Assembly (NCBI GenBank): GCA_950097015.1 | Contig: CATNEN010000039.1 | Coordinates: 16,616,001-16,680,000 of the forward strand | Reading direction: 5' to 3' | From: Macrostomum hystrix | Taxonomy: Eukaryota; Animalia; Platyhelminthes | Length of the DNA stretch: 64,000 nucleotides | In this document: piece after piece, positions 61,501-64,000 of the stretch | How positions within the stretch are numbered: the first letter of the stretch is position 1 | Layout of the letters: the number at the start of each line of letters is the position of its first letter | The notes under the pieces: generated by a model | Databases searched by the model: none | What the model was told of the DNA's origin: nothing | The model's input: only the letters and a program-made list of their open reading frames with translations | Program-made: the position numbers and the translations under genes

Positions 61501-64000
61501 AGAAAGACCAGGGGGCATTGCAAACACCCACATTTTTCTGTGTCTCGGTTGCTCGCCAAGGCCATTGTGCTTGAGGCCGGTTTGTTTGGCTCGGCCTTGG
61601 CCTCGCCCATTCTCTCCCTCCTCCCCCGGCCCTGCTCAGGGTGCCCTGTGCCGCCATCTGATTGACTGGGCGCGGGCATTGTCTGTCAACCCTTACCCTC
61701 AGCCCTGCGTGGCCCTGCCCCTCCCGCCAATCGGCTTTGCCCGTCCACCCGGCCAGCGCGTACAACCCTACCCCTCCCTGTGCGCTGGTGGCTTGACTCT
61801 GTTTGTGCACCGCCTCCCCTGTCTGCCCCCCTTGCTGCCCTATTTGTTTGTCAATATCTGCCCGTGCCGGGGTAACCGCGCTCGCTCCGGCGAACTTTAA
61901 GATTCCACCGGTAAAAATGGTCTCTTACTGGAAAGTCTCAAGTAATTGCTTAAAAATAATCGAAATCGAAGTCTCCTGTCATCCTGCGTTCCTACCGGTA
62001 AGCGCTGCATTCGTGTCTTTCCTTTCTAAGTGACAGGCCTGTACGGAGTACTGTATCTTGCTTAGTACTGTACTATGTGATTATAGTGATTATTCGTATT
62101 ATACTTAATAATACTGTATACCGGGGATCCCAAACCGACCACAGTCACTACAAACCGGTGCCCGAACGGCCTTGGCGAGCAGCCCACCCCAGAAACACAT
62201 GCACTGCAATGTTTTCCAGGACACACGCTTGCTTTGGCTCTCGTGGGCGCGAAATAACAGACATTGCAATGCCTACTGAAGTAGCAAAAATGAACCAAGT
62301 GATGTAAGCTAGATTGTTCAATGCAACCAGGTAATCTCACTATAAACATATAAATTGTAGCCCGACACGAGCACGAATTCAACATAGCGCAATGCGACAA
62401 AGTCGACAGCAATCCAAGGCGCCGCGCTTCTGTCGCTCCAAGGAGTCGTCAGGATTGTTCTTAAGCCGTCGAAAGCGAAGAAGGCAGTCGTCGGGGCCGT
62501 TGACCCCAATCGCAGGTACCGAGCCATCTGCATCGGCGGCGGATTGTACACATCCCGAGCTGGTGATTGAAACGAGTTCGATTGAGCTTTAGCTTAGTCA
62601 GGCAATAGTAAAACTGGAACCAGAAAAGGCATCATAACTATACTCGAAATGCAGCCATAGAGCATCCAGCGTGACTCCCATCGGTACACAGGCTGCGTGT
62701 AGGGATTCAGGCGGTAGGCCTTGCCAACCAGTTCAGGATAGAAGCCGTTTAGGTTTGTGTACGATAACTTGTTCGGCCCGATGAAGTTCTGAAAGCGACG
62801 TCATTTTAAGAGTCTGTGGTTTCAGTGTGTCGTCAAGGATTGCCTAGCTTAGTTTTGTTAATTCGTCATTTGAAAAAACCGACGAAATTAAGCCTACCAG
62901 AGGGTACTTGGTGAACGAAATGCCGTCTGTTGAATAGGAGAAGGTAAAAAATTGCAGGTCCGGTGGAGTAGGAGAAGCTTTCCCTGCCCTGTCTGATGCA
63001 CCTTGCAGTGCCAAAACGTAGACAGCCACAGTTTTCGAGAAGGTAGCCTAAATAATTGGCAAGAATCGGATAGCATTTTAACTCATCTAACTGTATATAT
63101 GCTTTAACAAGCTAGAGATTTCACGTACCTGGATGTAGTGCCAATAAGATGAGCAGGCAGTAAACATTAGCGCAGGTATCGGACTCCAAAGTCCGAAATG
63201 CCTGTCATCTGGAAGGCGTAGTTCAGGATTAATAGACTGTTGACTTTACTACTATTAATAATTATGTACTTCGGGTTTCACCATAATGCTTGAGACTTGT
63301 GTTGCTAAGGCAAAAAATATGCAATAAAAAAGTGTAGCAATGGCAGCATCGCAATGGTCCCATAACCCTTGAACTTGCCGTTACATAGGTCTTCCTTAAG
63401 ATTTCCCAGCAAATGTAGAGCTTAATCCTTGACCTCACAATGATTTAGTCTGAGCGTGTACCAACGCATCATAGGTGCACACCCCAAATGTCGATTTCCA
63501 AAGTTGGGGCAGTTTAACAAGGCAAATGTTGCGTGTCGTGGCCATAGACATTCGTCCTTAATTGCAACAATCGACCTTCATTCGCTCGCATTTAACCGAT
63601 TCTTGTGTGCAGTTTTTATGCAAGACAACGGCTTCTGGCTTTGCCTTCTACCATAGACTATGGACTCTTCTTAAATGATTAAAGTCTAGCTGGGTGTGCC
63701 AGATTATTTCAGCGTTGCGTTTTTGTCTATGGCTTTAAAAGCCAGTAATGACATAATAAGTAATGACATTGGTAGACCCCTCCAAATCGATACAGTGGCT
63801 ATGAAAATCAGTTCAAGTTTTGCGTATTTTTTCCATACTAGCTTGAACCTCAAACATAGTGGACACCCGGAGTATTAACTTATGGACTAATTTAACTTAC
63901 TTGGCATGTCGAACATAACTCTAGCTCTGGTGGCATCAGTTCCGTCTCCCAAAGTAGTGTAACCAACAGTGGTCACAGCGACGAAGTGATTTGAGTTTGC
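28296..64000 (-). CDS. Giant polycystin-1-like (PKD1L/REJ family) 11-TM protein with lectin-rich ectodomain; 5' end beyond window
   Basis: Phase-compatible exon chain traced from about 49980 to the stop at 28296, e.g. 28296-28492, 28575-30086, 30168-30273, 30491-30772, 30995-31493, 31592-31746, 31830-31997, 32079-33208, 33276-33369, 33465-33596, 33688-33912, 34061-34494, 34582-34748, 34832-37245, 37330-38415, 38564-39135, 39223-39369, 39682-40257, 40490-40646, 41055-41225, 41322-41470, 41556-41810, 42288-42520, 42841-43033 and onward. Further discoidin/lectin exons on the same strand up to 64000 are traced more loosely. PKD hallmarks: DDHLWMSV, FTRLQRFGVC, RQLR, GGGY, WLDNDTRLVVVEL, MFITVLNDSY. 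Confidence 0.85.
28575..31997 (-). CDS. PKD1L gene segment: PLAT/LH2 domain, TM2-5, TOP domain and polycystin channel domain exons
   Basis: ORFs 28528-30003 (PKD channel: GGGY, WLDNDTR, FSSFTGTMSTLFSAMLGKFD), 30479-30799 and 30935-31540 (HLWMSV..FTRLQR); PLAT exons YLLDVYTEN..PYISIVGE / HLGDILELRI. Confidence 0.92.
32079..37245 (-). CDS. PKD1L gene segment: PKD (Ig-like) repeats, REJ module, GAIN/GPS and TM1 exons
   Basis: PKD repeats (LNFGNG, VDCGDG, IDFGDS followed by A.N.VS); REJ signatures DPRDWD..WFRWVC and NKPASGGNCTVEPREGIAMSTDF; GPS-like CRFWDASKEAW followed by APNLIDF and a TM helix. Confidence 0.9.
39440..39630. repeat. Minisatellite, 18-bp unit (GAGTTCAAAAGTACATCC)
   Basis: PKD1L intron. 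Confidence 0.85.
39682..40257 (-). CDS. Fibrinogen C-terminal (FReD) domain exon of the PKD1L gene
   Basis: WMIVYRNFN..DYQNGF..WLGLQSM..LRID..FSTFD..CA..GAGWWY..C pattern; phase-1/phase-1 exon. Confidence 0.8.
40490..64000 (-). CDS. Array of discoidin (F5/8 type C), C-type lectin, F-type lectin and kringle-like exons (N-terminal ectodomain of the PKD1L gene or an adjacent lectin gene)
   Basis: Discoidin motifs WLQVDF, LRWQVYGC, LRVELLGYP, LKLDLVGYP, PWIAVDF, FTFSYSTDG. CTL exons at 42288-43033, 45475-46007, 57765-58870. F-lectin exons at 48936-49980 (AVDG..YWYVDL..FCEFEVYG). Kringle-like GNYVYPLNVTASGRVCRNQTW at about 56560-56720. Confidence 0.75.
41878..42232 (-). mobile_element. SINE family A full-length copy
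   Basis: Reverse complement matches family A end to end. Confidence 0.9.
44501..44860 (+). mobile_element. SINE family A copy
   Basis: A/B boxes, body, degenerate TTA tail. Confidence 0.88.
48048..48648. repeat. Minisatellite, 24-bp unit (GGGATATGTACACAGGCACACACT)
   Basis: About 25 units starting about 11 bp after a splice donor. Confidence 0.95.
49110..49220 (-). mobile_element. Second SINE family fragment with B box
   Basis: Minus strand GGTCGCGGGTTCGATTCCTG B box; 3' part similar to 4221-4270. Confidence 0.55.
49262..49405 (-). mobile_element. SINE family A 3' fragment
   Basis: GACACTAGACCCGCAGCCAGCGAGGAGGC..CAGGCAGTGTACA matches the family body. Confidence 0.8.
50055..50640. mobile_element. 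Foldback/palindromic MITE in PKD1L intron
   Basis: Left arm (CTTCTGAAACAAGAAT..GTTCTGGCCGA..CTGCGCCTCAGTGCGGCCTTGCCA) is the inverted copy of the right arm; centre about 50328. Confidence 0.8.
51235..51410 (+). mobile_element. SINE family A 5' half
   Basis: A/B boxes and body through GTGTACACTG. Confidence 0.85.
52302..52650 (-). mobile_element. SINE family A copy with (TTA)n tail
   Basis: (AAT)n at 52302-52327 followed by the reverse-complement body and head. Confidence 0.87.
53600..54953. repeat. Minisatellite, 21-bp unit (GCTGACAGATACACACTC-NNA)
   Basis: About 64 units with TTA/GCA/GTA variants. Confidence 0.95.
55690..56228. repeat. Minisatellite, 22-bp unit with dimeric/trimeric higher order (TGGTTCTTAGTGGAGTTGTCGA)
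   Basis: Alternating unit variants. Confidence 0.92.
57309..57655 (+). mobile_element. SINE family A copy
   Basis: Head, body and CCCGCAGCCCTCC 3' part. Confidence 0.88.
58126..58477 (-). mobile_element. SINE family A copy
   Basis: Reverse complement of the family consensus. Confidence 0.88.
60021..60271 (-). mobile_element. SINE family A copy (internal deletions)
   Basis: Reverse complement of the family consensus. Confidence 0.85.
60972..61240 (+). mobile_element. SINE family A copy (5' truncated) with (TTA)n tail
   Basis: B-box remnant, body, CTCCTGCAA(TTA)n. Confidence 0.85.

Noticed and set aside
61466-62300. GC-rich intronic block with 100-144-aa ORFs
   Set aside because: No recognisable motifs or termini; probably an unclassified repeat that I cannot support.

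Overview
Eukaryotic, intron-rich animal genomic DNA. The dense intronic minisatellites and gene content suggest an invertebrate, possibly a free-living flatworm such as Macrostomum; this is inference only. There are three protein-coding genes. (1) Cytosolic valyl-tRNA synthetase, minus strand, ATG at 7798, running off the left edge. (2) Ribosomal protein S6 kinase (p70 S6K-like), plus strand, 13933-23807. (3) A giant multi-exon polycystin-1-like (PKD1L/REJ) gene, minus strand, stop at 28296, with its 5' end beyond 64000. Its ectodomain carries many discoidin/F5-8C, C-type lectin, F-type lectin, kringle-like and fibrinogen-C modules. A disabled F-type lectin gene lies at about 26.7-27.1 kb. Mobile DNA comprises: a 4.5-kb element with mariner TIRs whose catalytic half is replaced by an intron-containing gene for an unrelated (Sola-like) transposase; a hAT MITE with an 8-bp TSD; a 2.8-kb non-autonomous Helitron loaded with two minisatellites between the divergent VARS and S6K starts; a 3' LINE fragment; about 12 copies of a tRNA-derived SINE; fragments of a second SINE; and a foldback MITE family. 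There are about 16 distinct minisatellite arrays. Exon boundaries were read by eye from GT/AG signals and reading-frame phase and have not been checked against transcripts.
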